Source of the DNA: Octopus bimaculoides
Lineage: Eukaryota
DNA length: 64,000 nucleotides
Assembly (NCBI RefSeq): GCF_001194135.2
Contig: NC_068984.1
Location: forward strand, 56,563,798 to 56,627,797
Direction of reading: 5' to 3'
Below are positions 38,758-52,276 of the stretch, one piece after another. The notes under the pieces are model-generated. The model ran no database searches. It had not been told where the DNA came from and saw only the letters and a list, made by a program, of their open reading frames with translations. The stretch's first letter is position 1, and each line of letters begins with the position of its first letter. Position numbers and translations under genes: made by a program.

Positions 38758-40884
38758 TATATATGTATGTATACATGCATATAGTATTGTAGAGATATTA
38801 CTCTTACATTATGAACATTGTAAAACCAGTGCCAGACTTTGGTTTCATGAAACACTATGTGTGGGGTTAGAGCTGTAAGAGTTATGTTTTACTTATACTG
38901 TTTGTTTTTCTACACACCTGAATACCTTTTACAAACATTTCTAGTATAATCCTTCCTCTGAAATTCATCTTTCTCAAACTGTTTTTTTACTCAGATCTTT
39001 AACCAAGATATTAATCTCTGATAATTCACACTAAGTACTATCAATTAACAAATTAACTTGATCCAACTATTCTACCATTGAAGTTCAAATGGGCTTCCAG
39101 GGACAAGCAAACACATTTTTTTGAAATTTCTTTCCTTTAAAGGTTTTGAAATGCATACTAATTACTAAATTTGTTTTAAATTGAACCTCAGCTATGAATT
39201 TAAATTTTTTTAAAATTGAACTACAACTTCTTAAAACTTTTACATCATCAACATGAAAACATAATTGGAAAAATATGTTAAATTAATCCATTCTAGAAAA
39301 AGAAAAAGAAAAGTGTTTTGAGAAAGACACCAAATCATATTTTTAAATTTCACTTGAGCCATACAAGTTTTATTAAAGTTTTAGTGAACATGGAGGAATC
39401 AATGATTATATTGACTTTGAATTTTCTTTTCATAGTTAGTGTTAATTAATTGAAAAGATCATTAATTACAAAGATCATTTAACTTCTAATGTTTTGGCCT
39501 TTTAAAAGCCTGTGCATGAAAGACAATTACAGGCAGCTGCATAATTCATGGAATCATAATGTTTTATAGCGTAGTTGTAGACTTTACTATTATTATTGAT
39601 ATGCATTTTAAACAGGTTTGGATCAGAGGAAGACAAAAAAATTAATCATTTATTTGTATGTATAATGGTGTATCATTTCTAGATAACAATGACTGAAAAG
39701 TGAAAGAGGATATCTAGAAGGGGAAAATGATTTTACCTATGACTGTTCATGGAGAAAGAAGCTAAGGTAATGAATTAATCTATATCAAAACATGAGCTAC
39801 AATTTTTTTTCATATGTGTCCTTAAGAAGACTTTGTACTAATGGAGTGAACTTTAAAAGGCTTGACATAGAGCTGATATCAGTGGACACGTTATGCCATA
39901 AGATTTTTATTCTCTAATTTATATACACAGTCAGCAATTTTCAGAGAAGGGTTAGTCAGTACTTAACTGTTATTTTATTTTATCAACTTCAAAATGATGA
40001 AGGGTAAAGGACTTCAGCTTAGGACGGAAATAGCTAAAACAAATGCAGCTATGCATTCTCCCAAGCTTTGTGTGTGTGTGAGAGAGAGAGAGAAAGAGAG
40101 AGAGTGCGTATGTGTGAGTGAGTGAGTGAGTGAATGAATGCATACTTTTGTTTTGCCCAGGTCAGCTGGGATCCTGCAAACCTATGATCAAAAGCATTCC
40201 AGCTGTGTCCACCTTGTTCTACATTTTGTATTTATGACTACATTATCTAATGCATCCTTCTTGTTTAAAGTGTATTTGAGGGAGATATACCTACTATTTC
40301 TAGCAAATAAAGTGACTGTTAAAAGTCTGTCATTGGCTTGGCAATATGTATGTTGTGTTGACAATGTGTATGTTTAGAACCCCTGATCTGGCAGATCTAT
40401 GATCAAAAGCATTATGACCATGACCATTCAATGTCAGGGTATGTCTGCTATCCAGTGAGTGTTTTGTTTAATATCGTAGAGTGGGAATTGTGAGAGATTG
40501 GCTGCCTTTTCTAGCAAGTTATGCAGCTGTAAAAATGCTCCTTCATTAGCTGAACATTACCTGTGTTCATCACTGGTAAAGATGACTATTCCAAAATATT
40601 AAGCATGTTACCTTAAAACTTTACTATCTTTCACATTGTTGTTTCCTCTTACACTAATTCCATATACTTTTTCAGATGCTTCTGTGCAGAGAATAAGAAT
40701 AACTGGATTTAGTTTGGAATTTTTAACCTGATGGGAAAATGTATTCAAAAAATTATTCCTGAAGATAACTAGTTGGCAAAGTGGGTGGCTTAGAGGTATC
40801 TGAAACTAAAAATGAGGAGGAAACTAGGAGCATTGAGTATTTTTTCAGAAGAAACAATTCAGATGTGAATATCATGAAATCAGG

Positions 40885-40953
40885 AGCTTTAATACCATAA
40901 TTATAAACCAGCAGCTTTAATACCATAATTACCAGAAGCTTTAATACCATAAT
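40885..40953. repeat. Three copies of AGCTTTAATACCATAAT with variable spacers
   Basis: 40885-40902, 40913-40930, 40937-40953. Confidence 0.85.
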
Positions 40954-41291
40954 ATAAACATGATAAAATAAATTTGAAATATAGAATTAATAAATGTATG
41001 GTATGATGGTCATTTTTAGTAAAGAATAAGTAAAAAGTAAAGCAAGTAGAAGTTCTAAATATTGTAATTTTTTCATCAGCTAATATTCATCTCATGAATT
41101 TTCTCCAGATGTAATAGATATAAGATGTAACTGATTTAAGGGGTTGGCTTTAGAAAAATGGTCTACCAAATACATGAGACAGTTTTTACTTCTTTTCTTT
41201 TCTTTCTAAAACTGGTGAATTACACAATATTTTATTTCAGTTTTGCAGACAAACTTATTCTTATTTAATCTTTCTTGCTTACTTTACTTAC

Positions 41292-41330
41292 ACAATATGG
41301 CTGAAAGGAAAACAACCTCAGGGGAGTGTT
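41292..41330 (-). CDS. Candidate 39-nt exon
   Basis: tattttgtattttaatatgcag|AACACTCCCC...GCCATATTGT|gtaagt. Phase 1 reads HSPEVVFLSAIL, phase 0 reads NTPLRLFSFQPYC. Confidence 0.2.
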
Positions 41331-42051
41331 CTGCATATTAAATACAAAATATTGAGTTTATCTAAGTAATTAATAATACACAGAAATTCCCTTTAAGGAT
41401 GTTGAAAATCAACAAACAATTAGCAAGGAAGATAACTCCATTAAAATCAGTAAAACAAAATGTTTGGACAATACAGGCAATACAAAATGGAGAAAATACA
41501 GATGTTAAACTACAATGATGTATTTTTAGCATGCAAATTTTAAGCTGGTTTCTATTAATATAAAATAAAATTATATTTATCATTACTTAATTTAAAAAAT
41601 TTCTATTACAAGTTTGTAGAGATAATTTAGTTTATTTGTTCAGTATCATTTGTGTGTAATGTGCATTATTGCTGGATGAGCTCAGGCACAATCAAAGGTT
41701 GCTAAGTTTTCTTATTAATTGTGATTCTGGGTTTCATCCCCCTGCATAGCATCTTGGGCAAGTGTCTCCTACATTGCTCTGGGTTAAAATAAACGTTGTG
41801 AGTGAAATCTTATTGATGGAAACTATGTAGAACCTTATCAGATGGACTGAATTTGTAATTTAGTGGTTCAGCCTTGTTACACATTGTGTCACACTGATTT
41901 TGCCTGAAGATTATTTGATGGTGTGTGTGTCTGTGATGGTACATGTGTCAGCCACTTAATATTATGAGTAGATGGTTCCATAGTACAAACAATTGTAACA
42001 TTCATCATAGAAACCGACACGAGATCCTTCATTGCTGGATATTAAGTAGTA

Positions 42052-42408
42052 CTTTTATCTTTTATTTGTTTCAACCATTAGACTGCAGCCATTCTGGGGC
42101 ACTACCTTGAAGAATTTTAGTCAACCCAGTACTTATTTTTTTAAAACCTGGTATTTATTCTATTGGTCTCTAATGCCAAGCTACTAAGTTATGGGGCTGT
42201 AAACACACCAACACCAGTTGTCAAGTGGTGGTGGGGACAAAGTCACACACACAAATATATATATAACAGGCTTCTTTCAGTTTCTTTCTTCCAAATCAAC
42301 ATACAAGGCTTTGGTCAACCCAAGGCTATAAAGATGCCATGCAATGGATCTGAACCCTGAATCATGTAATTGGGAAGCAAGCTTCTTACCACACAACCAC
42401 ACTTGCAC
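42052..42408 (-). mobile_element. CORE-type SINE (OR2-like), decayed
   Basis: Family blocks present. Confidence 0.8.
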
Positions 42409-43142
42409 TTTTTTTCAAGTTTGCTTTTTTTTTTTTTTTTTTTTCATTTATATACGTTTTCTGTTCAACCATGCAAGCATGCTTTTTGCTTGCAGGTAGC
42501 TTTAAGGAAAATACCTGTATTTGAAATAGTAACCTATCTGGCAAATGATGTTATTACGTGTCCTGTTCAGCATTTTCCTACCATTTTGCTTTCTCTTATT
42601 ATTTCTATATCATTATCTTTGCAATCCTAGTTTTATTTAGTTCTGTTTACTAAAAAAAATTCAGGGAACTAAAGACAGGATAGATAAACAGAGTACATGC
42701 ATACATATCAAATTTAACTCTTATCACAAGCTGCCAAACCCTTAAACAAAAAGAAAAGCATGTTTAAAGTGTGGACTTCTATGTAAAGGAGAATCAAAAA
42801 ACAAATTTAAGTAAGTACTTAATAGAAGAACCTCAAGTTTGGATGTCTATAAAATAAACTACCAGCATGTTACACCTCCATGGAGAATTGATAGTGTTCC
42901 ACCCACAAAATATCTTTTACATATCTAAATTTATCTTTTCTTCTTCCAATGTTTACTAAAATCTAAAAGGGATTTAGTATCCTTTTTTAGAGTTTTTATG
43001 CTCCTCAGACAAATAAGTAACTTATCTCAACCAGCATCTTCCATGAAAAGCTTTTCAGATATATGTTGATAAAATGATATAACACATAAATATATTTATT
43101 GTGTGTGTGTGTGTGTGTGTACATAAATGACATGTGCATGCA

Positions 43143-44587
43143 CATCATCATCATTGTCATTCCTCAGTGTACAGAATTTGGTTCTGTTGTATTTATGTGT
43201 TCTAAGATGGTAGTATAAGTCAATTTTAGCTGGAAAATGATACTGCTCTTAAGGACATGAGAATTGAAGCACAGCTGAGTCTGAAAGTCCTCATTGTCAG
43301 CCTGTTCTCCTCTGTTGATGTCTCTTGTCAGCCTTTTGTTTACAACTTTCAAAGAAGTCATATCCGACATTGCATTTTCTCCTTCAAAGCAGGCAATCAT
43401 ATGTGTCAAAGAAACATAAATATTAAAGTTTTTGTATGCTTACTTTAGTTGATCCTTCTATTGCCATCTCAGAATTCCTACTGGATGTGTTCCTTCTTTC
43501 ATTTTTCCATACATAAGCACCTTCAGCTGTTGATTATCTGACATTCTTTACACAAAGTCAACCCCTCCCAGTTGGTGTGTATCACCTCAACAATGCCATT
43601 AAATCTCTTTTAATCAAGAATTTTATTTTATCATATGGTCTTGCCAACATATGTGCAAGATGATTTGCAACTTTGTCTAATGGAAATGTTCCAATCTTTT
43701 TATGCTTTTTCAATAAGCTTCCAGATTTCAAGAATTTGTGAGAATAATTGCTTTGCAAACCAACAACTTAGTGCATGTTTTGACCAATTTCTTGAAGATA
43801 GCATGTGCAGGATGAATATGATATGAAATTTTATGGGATGCAGTGCCATCTTTATTGTAGATATTTTCTCTGTAACAAATGAGTAACCTGTTCAACAGAG
43901 TGGGTAGTTGTGAATTTGAATTTGAAAAGTAAAGTTTGTACCAAGACCTTTCTTTTCATTTTTAAAATGTGCTTCTATATGTAAGTGTTCCCTGGCATTC
44001 ACAGATTTATCTAATGTATCTTGTAGGTTTTCAGAACTGTGCTCCCCTCCAGCATTATCATCAGAAGTATAATGTATGGTTCTTTCAGTTATTTTGGGTC
44101 TCTGAAAGTCAAAAACACATAATAATGGTACTTACTGGAAATTCCAACTGTGATTTGAGTTATTCATTGTGGCATAGTTGCAACATATTGACTAAACAAG
44201 GCAGGGGTAAGAACTCCCTTTTTAACATTTGTTCCAGTAGAGAATGATGGGAAAAAAGCTTCCTTCATAGAGTATCCATCTTGTCGTATTTTCATGTAGA
44301 GCCTTCACAGCTCTTAAGAGATACGACAGGAATCCATGAGCTTTCCACATTGTGTAATGTGGTACCGAATCAAAAATCTTAACAAGAAAATTGTGTGTAG
44401 ATAAGGATCTTGTTCAAGGCATTTTTCTTGGATCTGTCATAAGGAAAAGATCATGTTGATTATTTCATGATCAGGTCTAAACGCATATCGGTTTTCCAGA
44501 AGAATTCATTCTGCAATCAGAAGGAATTTTGTAGCAATTTTTCCAGCAAAGGAAAGAAGAGATACCTTGATAGTTTACATACTGTAT

Positions 44588-44646
<59 letters not shown>

Positions 44647-45720
44647 GTTACAATGATAGCATTTCGCAAACCTGCAGTTACTTTACCTTGTTCCCAGGCA
44701 CAGAAAATGAGGTGATGAATCATAATGAAAAGGATTTGACCATTACATCTTATAAGTTCTAGTTGAATTTGATCCACTCCTGCAAATTTATTGTTTTGCA
44801 TTTTTGAGACTCCCACGTTAAGTAACTGTACTGAAAGTAGAACATCCATGTGTAGAAAAGCAATTTGGTATAGGACATTGTCAGTACATTCAGGTGGTGA
44901 ATTTTGCTGATGATTAAGTAAATTTGTAAAATGTTCTTGATATATTTCCAGTATGGCTTCTCTTTTTTTTTTTATTAGAGTGAAATTTCCATCCAGAGAT
45001 TTAATTACCATCATTCTCATGTTTATGGGACCAAAAATCTTTTGAATAATTCAAAGAAGTTTCTTTATTGAGTTTGACTGCATGCTCTTATATATCTTTG
45101 GTTTTGACATTTTACTATTAATTTTGTAAATTTCTAATCGTTTATTATGTTTCCAACTTCATTTCATGATAAACTCTAAAAATCAGCCAAATAACTAACC
45201 AATGTTTGTATCGGTTATTATTATACAGCTAAGCATGACTATCTGACTTTAGAATTTGAATTGTTCTGTTTATTAAATTTAGCTTTTCACTTTTCTGCAA
45301 TTAGAAATTTTAATGTGTGATCTTTTTCATCAAATTAATCAGATTGCTGTCAATGAAGTGATCCAAGATTTTTTTCTGCAGTGTAAAGTACTGCTGATTT
45401 AAGAAGGCACCACTTTTCTTCAATCAAGATTCTGCAGTTTAGTTGATTAGAAAGACTTTTACTCGAGGTGGTGAATAATTGTTGCTAAGACTGGCATCTT
45501 AATTTCTTCCCCCCAGTATGTTGGATTCTAAGCAAATTTTTTTATTTAAATTCTTAATTTCCTTAAAAATTTTGTGGCCTGCTCTACAGTCATTATTGCA
45601 TTATATTGAACTAGTGAGCTGAATATCAAACGTAGCTTGTCTTTGAAGGACAAGAAAATCAGTTAGGTGGCAATAGTCTGAATGGGTATGCACCCATATA
45701 ATTTTGTTTTAGCTATTTTT
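43143..45720 (-). mobile_element. Heavily decayed RTE (BovB-like) LINE, endonuclease end to 3' tail; contains (CT)n at 44592-44641
   Basis: WVHTHSDYCHLTDFLVLQRQ (WMHPRSK.WHLIDY), LIKKKREAILE.YQEHFTNLLN, NNKFAGVDQI..ELIR, W..GKV...LRNAIIVTI. (GAT)n tail at 43143. Confidence 0.85.
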
Positions 45721-48369
45721 GTGTAAAGTGTTAATTGAAATGGATTTATTTATTATTTACACTGATAACTTGATTTCTAATGTTTATAGGTAATCATATT
45801 TCTAAGGAAATAATGCATCCTTGTGTTTCTATTGGTTTTTAAAGAAGTCAAAAATTTAGAGAGAGTTAATAAAATAGTTAATTTCTCCATCAGAAAACAT
45901 CAGGGAAAAATTTGGAAAAAGCATTATATTTGAGTGTAAGAAAAAAATAAAAGATATGAGAATAAAAGACAATGCTCATTTTTAGGTACAAAAAACAGAC
46001 GTTGCAATAGATTTGAAATTACACTGTACTTCAGTGAATTTGATAATCATAAACACTTTCAAACAGACAGCTTTATATCTTAGAACCAGGTGCATTGTCT
46101 GGTAGTTTGATGTTAAAGAAAGTTTATACTGTGCTTCTGCACTTTCTACTTAGTAAAAATAATATAAAGATTGTTCACCAACTAGACACTGTGTTATAGA
46201 ATTAAACATTTACCATCTATTATTGGGCATGCTTTAGATAAAGTGTAGAAAATCTGGTTGTAAGATGAGATGTTATGTATCTTGTTAAAAGCTGTCTAAA
46301 TCATTGTTGGAGCAAAAAAGTAAGTGTGACTCAGCTTAAAACTAAACAGAAGTGGATATCAAGTAAACTATAGTTTGTTTGAAATGTCACCAAAATCAAA
46401 TGGAGTTTTGAATTTCAAAGTAGTACTTCCTCATCTTTAAACTCTGTCACGTTTATCTATATCATCATTGTTTACTTCTCTTATTGATTTTTGTCACTTA
46501 GCATTGATACAACCAGCTTTTTGAAGTTCTGATTTAATTTTCTTTTTTCTTATTTTTAGTTTGAAATTAAGTTGGTATTTCAGTATCTTGTACCATGTGG
46601 CTAACTTTGGTATAATTCCAGCATGTTATCTTCAATTATTTGTTGAAATATGTAATTTACTAGAGTGTTACTCATATGACAGGAACTTTGAAAATATACT
46701 TTTGCCACCATGGGTGATATCAAGAAATATCGCATACCTATACTGTACTGCTGCACTTTCTACTTATGGCGTACAATAATTATGATTTAATTTTTATCAA
46801 ATTTCTTGGAGCTCATTACAAAATGATGAAATAAAACAAATTTCTCATTTGTATCTTTTCAATAAATATATCATTTTTCTAAATTTCATCAACATAATCA
46901 TGTTCTAATCCATCAAAAACCTGTCTCTGCAAAATTTCATAAAAAATGTGTATTTTTCAGAAAGTTACCATCATTTTCCACCAAAGCTTGCATGTTCATT
47001 AATCCTGTACCTTCTATGTTATTTCTCTCTGTATTTTTTTGTAACTTTCTCTCTCCCTCTCTCTATGTGATGTAAAGTGTGGTTGGAGAAATCAATCAAT
47101 CAACATTTAAATCAGTTATTATTATATTCAGATAAATAAGATTGTGTGTATGTGTGTGTGTGTGTGTATGTGTGTGTGTGTGCAGATGTGCACTATAAAT
47201 GGTTGTGTTTGAGGGAAAATATTAAAAATTTATGTTAGCAATATCAGAAGTGTATGTCGAAATAACTCTCCTCTCTGAAAAAAATTTCAGTTTTGAAACA
47301 TGGCAGAATATGACTAAAATAAGTGTTTATACATTAACACTGTTTGAACAATTGTTATTTTTGTTTGCATCTCTCATAACAATGTATTCTTTAGTTTATT
47401 TTTTGACATATCAAGACCAATAGAATAAAGACATCTTTATGAAAACAACTCATGATTGCTAATAGAAAGGGTATCGGGCTATGGAATACTGCTTTAATAA
47501 CTCTTACTGAAACCATGCCAGCATAGAAAAGTAAATGCAAAAACAATGACGATAGTGATAATGAGCAACTGCTATAAAAGGAAAATGTCCAAATATATAA
47601 AAAAATTCAGGACAATAACTAAAGTTTAAAAGATTTTGAGATTTTTTTTCAATCCAGAGTAAGTTAAAAAGAACATGATAAAAATTCTATGAAAGTAAGT
47701 TTTACTTAGTCATGTTTCTAATATTAAATTCAGCTCCACAATTAGCAACAGCAGCTCACTGATACTGTTCCAAACTTCTGATTTATTTCTATTTGAAACA
47801 TCAAAGTAATGATATTTTATACTAGTCAGTTTCCTTGTGAATATAGCAGACACAATTCTTCTCAAATAAATTTTGTTTATCAAAAGATTTAGAAGCTGGC
47901 TTTCATTGGGAGCCAAGCAATATTTTATCTCTCAGCTTGTACTTTTCTCAGAAGCGATATAGCATGCATCCATATATCTCAGCTATTCTAGGATGCAATT
48001 AAAATGAAGCTGGCCAATTGATTCAATAAACCATTTCAAATTAAAAAAAAAAAAAACCTTAAACCCTGTACTTCTGCAGTGTTATTTTCATTTTCTGCTT
48101 GCTCTCCACTTATTAAAGAGTTACAGCTTTCCATTGATTTTTCACTACCTATTATGTACCTATAATATATTTTTTACACAAGATCCCAATTGAATATGTT
48201 ATTTGTTTTAAATAATCAGAGAAAAAATAGAGCAACAGTGCCCATAATATTCCAGGATAGTGGAAACTGGTAGAGATTAATGCAGTTAATTCTTAATTCG
48301 AATTCTTGACATTTAGGTGCAAACATAGACAAGGAAAGAGTTTCAGAGAATACTGTCAGATCTACTTAC

Positions 48370-48415
48370 CTGGTTAGAATTTAAGAACCAAAGAAATTTC
48401 CCCATCTCGATAAGA
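48370..48415 (-). other. Candidate 46-nt exon with the strongest splice-site pair in the window
   Basis: ctctcttatcttaacctag|TCTTATCGAGATGG...TCTAACCAG|gtaagt. Single open frame LIEMGKFLWFLNSNQ. Confidence 0.25.
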
Positions 48416-48652
48416 CTAGGTTAAGATAAGAGAGTCCAAAAGTTGAATTGTGAGATGACGCTTAACAGCAGTTTTATTTGTATTCTCTATTGGTCAATAA
48501 ATCAATGTAGCTGTGACAAGCTATATGAACCATTATAAATAATACTTATGAAATGAAGCTTCAAATTATCTCAAAGTAGTGAAGGTTCATATGTATGCAC
48601 ATAAACACACACATAAACACATTTACAAGCTTACACATACATACATACCTGT

Positions 48653-48688
<36 letters not shown>

Positions 48689-48924
48689 GACATTAAAGGT
48701 GACTAATATATAAACTGATTCAAAAAATTTTCCCTCAAAATAATTATTTTGTACTTTACTTATGTAAGACAACAAATTTAACAATGATCACTGAGAGCTT
48801 TTAGTGATTATTTTAAAATAACGTTGGTATTAAAATAGCAACAGATATTTTCATATACTATAATTTCTGAATGATTGTGTCATTAATGAAACAATGAGTA
48901 AAATTGTTGCCTTACAGCATTTAA

Positions 48925-49114
48925 CCCTTTAGCATTTAGCTTACTTTAACAAATATGATGCTTATTAATTCACATTGTTTTGAATTAAACATGCATTATC
49001 TTGTAGCTTTGAGATTTTTTTTAGATTGATATTGTAGGGTAAGTACAAGAGGCTGGATTCTTTCCAATTTTAACATAAAATAAGTAGAATATGGCTGGTT
49101 TAAATGTTAAAGTG
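48925..49114. mobile_element. piggyBac-type non-autonomous element
   Basis: TTAA flanks (48921-24, 49115-18). Ends CCCTTTAGCATTTA / TAAATGTTAAAGTG. Confidence 0.7.
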
Positions 49115-49742
49115 TTAATTAAAATCCTTTTTGGGATTAACTGATTCTTCTTTTGTTTTTTTTGGCAGCTTTCCTGAGTTTGTCGCATATTGTTTAGAGC
49201 CAAGTCACCCTTAATCAACCAGACTTATAATTAAAAGCATTCCAACAGTGTCCAATTTGAATTTTCATGTTTGAGAAATTGTATTGTTCAAGATATCCTT
49301 CCTTATTTGTGGTGGCTGATGATGGGGGTAATTTAAGAGAAATTTGGCTTCAATATTTTGCAAGTTGAGCAGTTGAGTAGAAGTTCATTTGTTGACTCAT
49401 CTTTCTGTGTTTGATAAATTAAGTGCCAGGATATTTTATAACCCTGCCACCCGCCATCCTTTTACATATATGAAACTTAGTGCCATTAAAAGAATTCTGT
49501 GTATGCATAATTTTCATTTACAGATGCAGATAGTTAAAAAGTTTACTTTACACTCATGAGATCCCAGCTTTGATCCTATTGTGTGGCATTTGGACAAGTC
49601 TTTCACCATAGTTTTGAGGCAGTCTAAGCCTTGTTCATGAATCTGGATAGACAAAAACTATTTGCATGACCATTGAATGGATTTTACCTGTAAATCAAAG
49701 TTCCAGCCTTGTCATTCTGATTCTTTCTGAAAATTACATTAA

Positions 49743-49860
49743 CCCTTTGAACCCTGCCCTCCTGAACCTTATTTTACCATATACCTGGCACTCCACCAAT
49801 GCTACGGTATAGAGAAAAATAAGCCATTCACCAGTAAACCAGTGTTACGGGCTCGAAGGG
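49743..49860. mobile_element. 118-bp piggyBac-type MITE nested in a decayed SINE
   Basis: TTAA TSD at 49739-42 and 49861-64. TIR CCCTTTGAACCC / GGGCTCGAAGGG. Flanks rejoin as the SINE motif aactacattaagggtacac. Confidence 0.85.
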
Positions 49861-51018
49861 TTAAGGGTACACTTGTCAATGGAATATTCAGCAACTCAGT
49901 CATTCAATGAATATCCCTTTTCATTGACTGAAAAATTGAAGCATTTATTGTTAAAACCAACAGAGATCTATGTATTATAGTTTTATTCTATTTATAAATA
50001 CAGTAGTCTTTGATCTGCACTGTTTCAATATACATTACTAGTCAAAAAGTTTTAAAATTAAATGATAAAACATACACAATATATAATTTCAGCTGAACTT
50101 CTAATTTTGGCTTTTTGCTCCATGCTCCATCACTTAATTAACAAGCATCAAATGTTATTTGTTCTCCATAATTTTAAGTGTAAAATGTTTTCAACTTGTA
50201 AGAAATGGAAAATACACAATTTACATTATAAGTACTTAGTTCTTTATCTTGTAAAACCAAGGTTCATTAATTTTTAATTACTAGCTTTAATATAAATCCC
50301 TAATGTTGAAATTTTAAACTTCATTAACTATGGAAAACATTTTAGTTTCTTGGGTTTTTGGTATGTGTTTATGTCGTATATGTTTCAATTTTAACTTTTC
50401 TAGAATTGTAGATTTTTATAAGCATTGAAAGAACTTCATTCATATCTTACAACCATGCTAATTTTGCTTAGATTTCTAAACTGAATGATTCAGACAGATG
50501 TTTCCTGATTCCACCTACTCATATTATTTTTGTCTAAGATTAATTTTCAAAATGAAAGGTAACCTGTTACAAGAACTGATTCTTTGTAATCCTAATTGTT
50601 GAGCAATATGTCATGTTGAATATGTACTTTCTACCTCGCTAAAAAAAAAAATGATGCTAAATAGATTTCTCACTCTCAACTTTTTAGAAATTTTTCTGCT
50701 ATTGAACAGAAGCTTTGAAAACTTGAATTAATGAGAAAGCACCTACTTAGTTGCTCAAGAAACATTTATCTTCTTTCACATTATACTTTGTGCGCATGAT
50801 GATTTGTTATTAATTTTAGAATATCTCTCTGTTCTTATATACTTTATATTATAACTAATTACTATCTATTTATCTTCCTTTCTTTCTTTCTTTCTTTCTT
50901 AACATGGATGTATTGCTAGACATTAATTTTGATATAAAGATTGCCTTTTGGTATTAATACTGCCTCCATTGTTAATAATTATATATACACACACACATAT
51001 ACATACAATGATATATAT

Positions 51019-52203
51019 CATCATCATCATCGTTTAACGTCCGCTTTCCATGCTAGCATGGGTTGGACGATTTGACTGAGGACTGGTGAAACCGGATGGC
51101 AACACCAGGCTCCAATCTAAATTCGGCAGAGTTTCTACAGCTGGATGCCCTTCCTAACGCCAACCACTCAGAGAGTGTAGTAGGTGCTTTTACGTGTCAC
51201 CCGCACAAAGGCCAGTCAGGCGATACTGGCAACGGCCACGCTCGAAATGGTGTCTTTTATGTGCCACCCGCACAAGCCAGTCCAGGGGCACTGGCAACGA
51301 TCTCGCTCGAAAATCCTACGAAGGCCAGTCAGGCGGTACTGGCAACAGCCACGCTCAAAANNNNNNNNNNNNNNNNNNNNNNNNNNNNNNNNNNNNNNNN
51401 NNNNNNNNNNNNNNNNNNNNNNNNNNNNNNNNNNNNNNNNNNNNNNNNNNNNNNNNNNNNNNNNNNNNNNNNNNNNNNNNNNNNNNNNNNNNNNNNNNNN
51501 NNNNNNNNNNNNNNNNNNNNNNNNNNNNNNNNNNNNNNNNNNNNNNNNNNNNNNNNNNNNNNNNNNNNNNNNNNNNNNNNNNNNNNNNNNNNNNNNNNNN
51601 NNNNNNNNNNNNNNNNNNNNNNNNNNNNNNNNNNNNNNNNNNNNNNNNNNNNNNNNNNNNNNNNNNNNNNNNNNNNNNNNNNNNNNNNNNNNNNNNNNNN
51701 NNNNNNNNNNNNNNNNNNNNNNNNNNNNNNNNNNNNNNNNNNNNNNNNNNNNNNNNNNNNNNNNNNNNNNNNNNNNNNNNNNNNNNNNNNNNNNNNNNNN
51801 NNNNNNNNNNNNNNNNNNNNNNNNNNNNNNNNNNNNNNNNNNNNNTAAACTTTGCCCAGGCTATTCTTATTCTAGCAGCTACACTTTCAGCGCACCCACC
51901 CCCACTACTAACTTGGTCGCCCAGATAGCGGAAGCTATCGACTACCTCTAGTTTTTCACCCTGGAATGAGATAGAAGTTGTTTCCTGTTTGTTTACAGTC
52001 TTTATTGCACCTGAACATCTGCCACATACAAAAACTAACTTCCTAGTTAACCTGCCTTTGATATTGCTGCACCTCTTATGTGTCCATAGCTTGCACCGGG
52101 TACATCTTATAGAGTTACTACCTACTCCTTTTCTACATACTGAGCAGGGCCATCTACCTGAAGGGGTTTGTGTTTTATCTACCTTCCTACTTATTAGGAT
52201 TTT
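51019..52203 (-). mobile_element. Young 5'-truncated RTE LINE with intact ORF segment containing a PHD finger; spans an N gap
   Basis: Stop-free 52203-51846: KILISRK...CSVC...CTRC..WTHKRC...CGRC...EKLEVVDSFRYLGD..SSGGGC..SV.ARIRIAWAKF. 3'UTR with tandem repeats and (GAT)n tail. Duplicated flank ACATACAATGATATATAT at 51001-51018 and 52234-52251. Confidence 0.93.
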
Positions 52204-52241
52204 ACACACACACACACACACACACACATACATACATACAA

Positions 52242-52270
<29 letters not shown>

Positions 52271-52276
<6 letters not shown>

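Noticed and set aside
51200-51360. Spaced direct repeats (gccagtcaggcg.tactggcaacggccacgctc)
   Set aside because: Tandem repeats of the RTE 3'UTR with related spacers in a eukaryotic context. Not a CRISPR array, and no cas genes.
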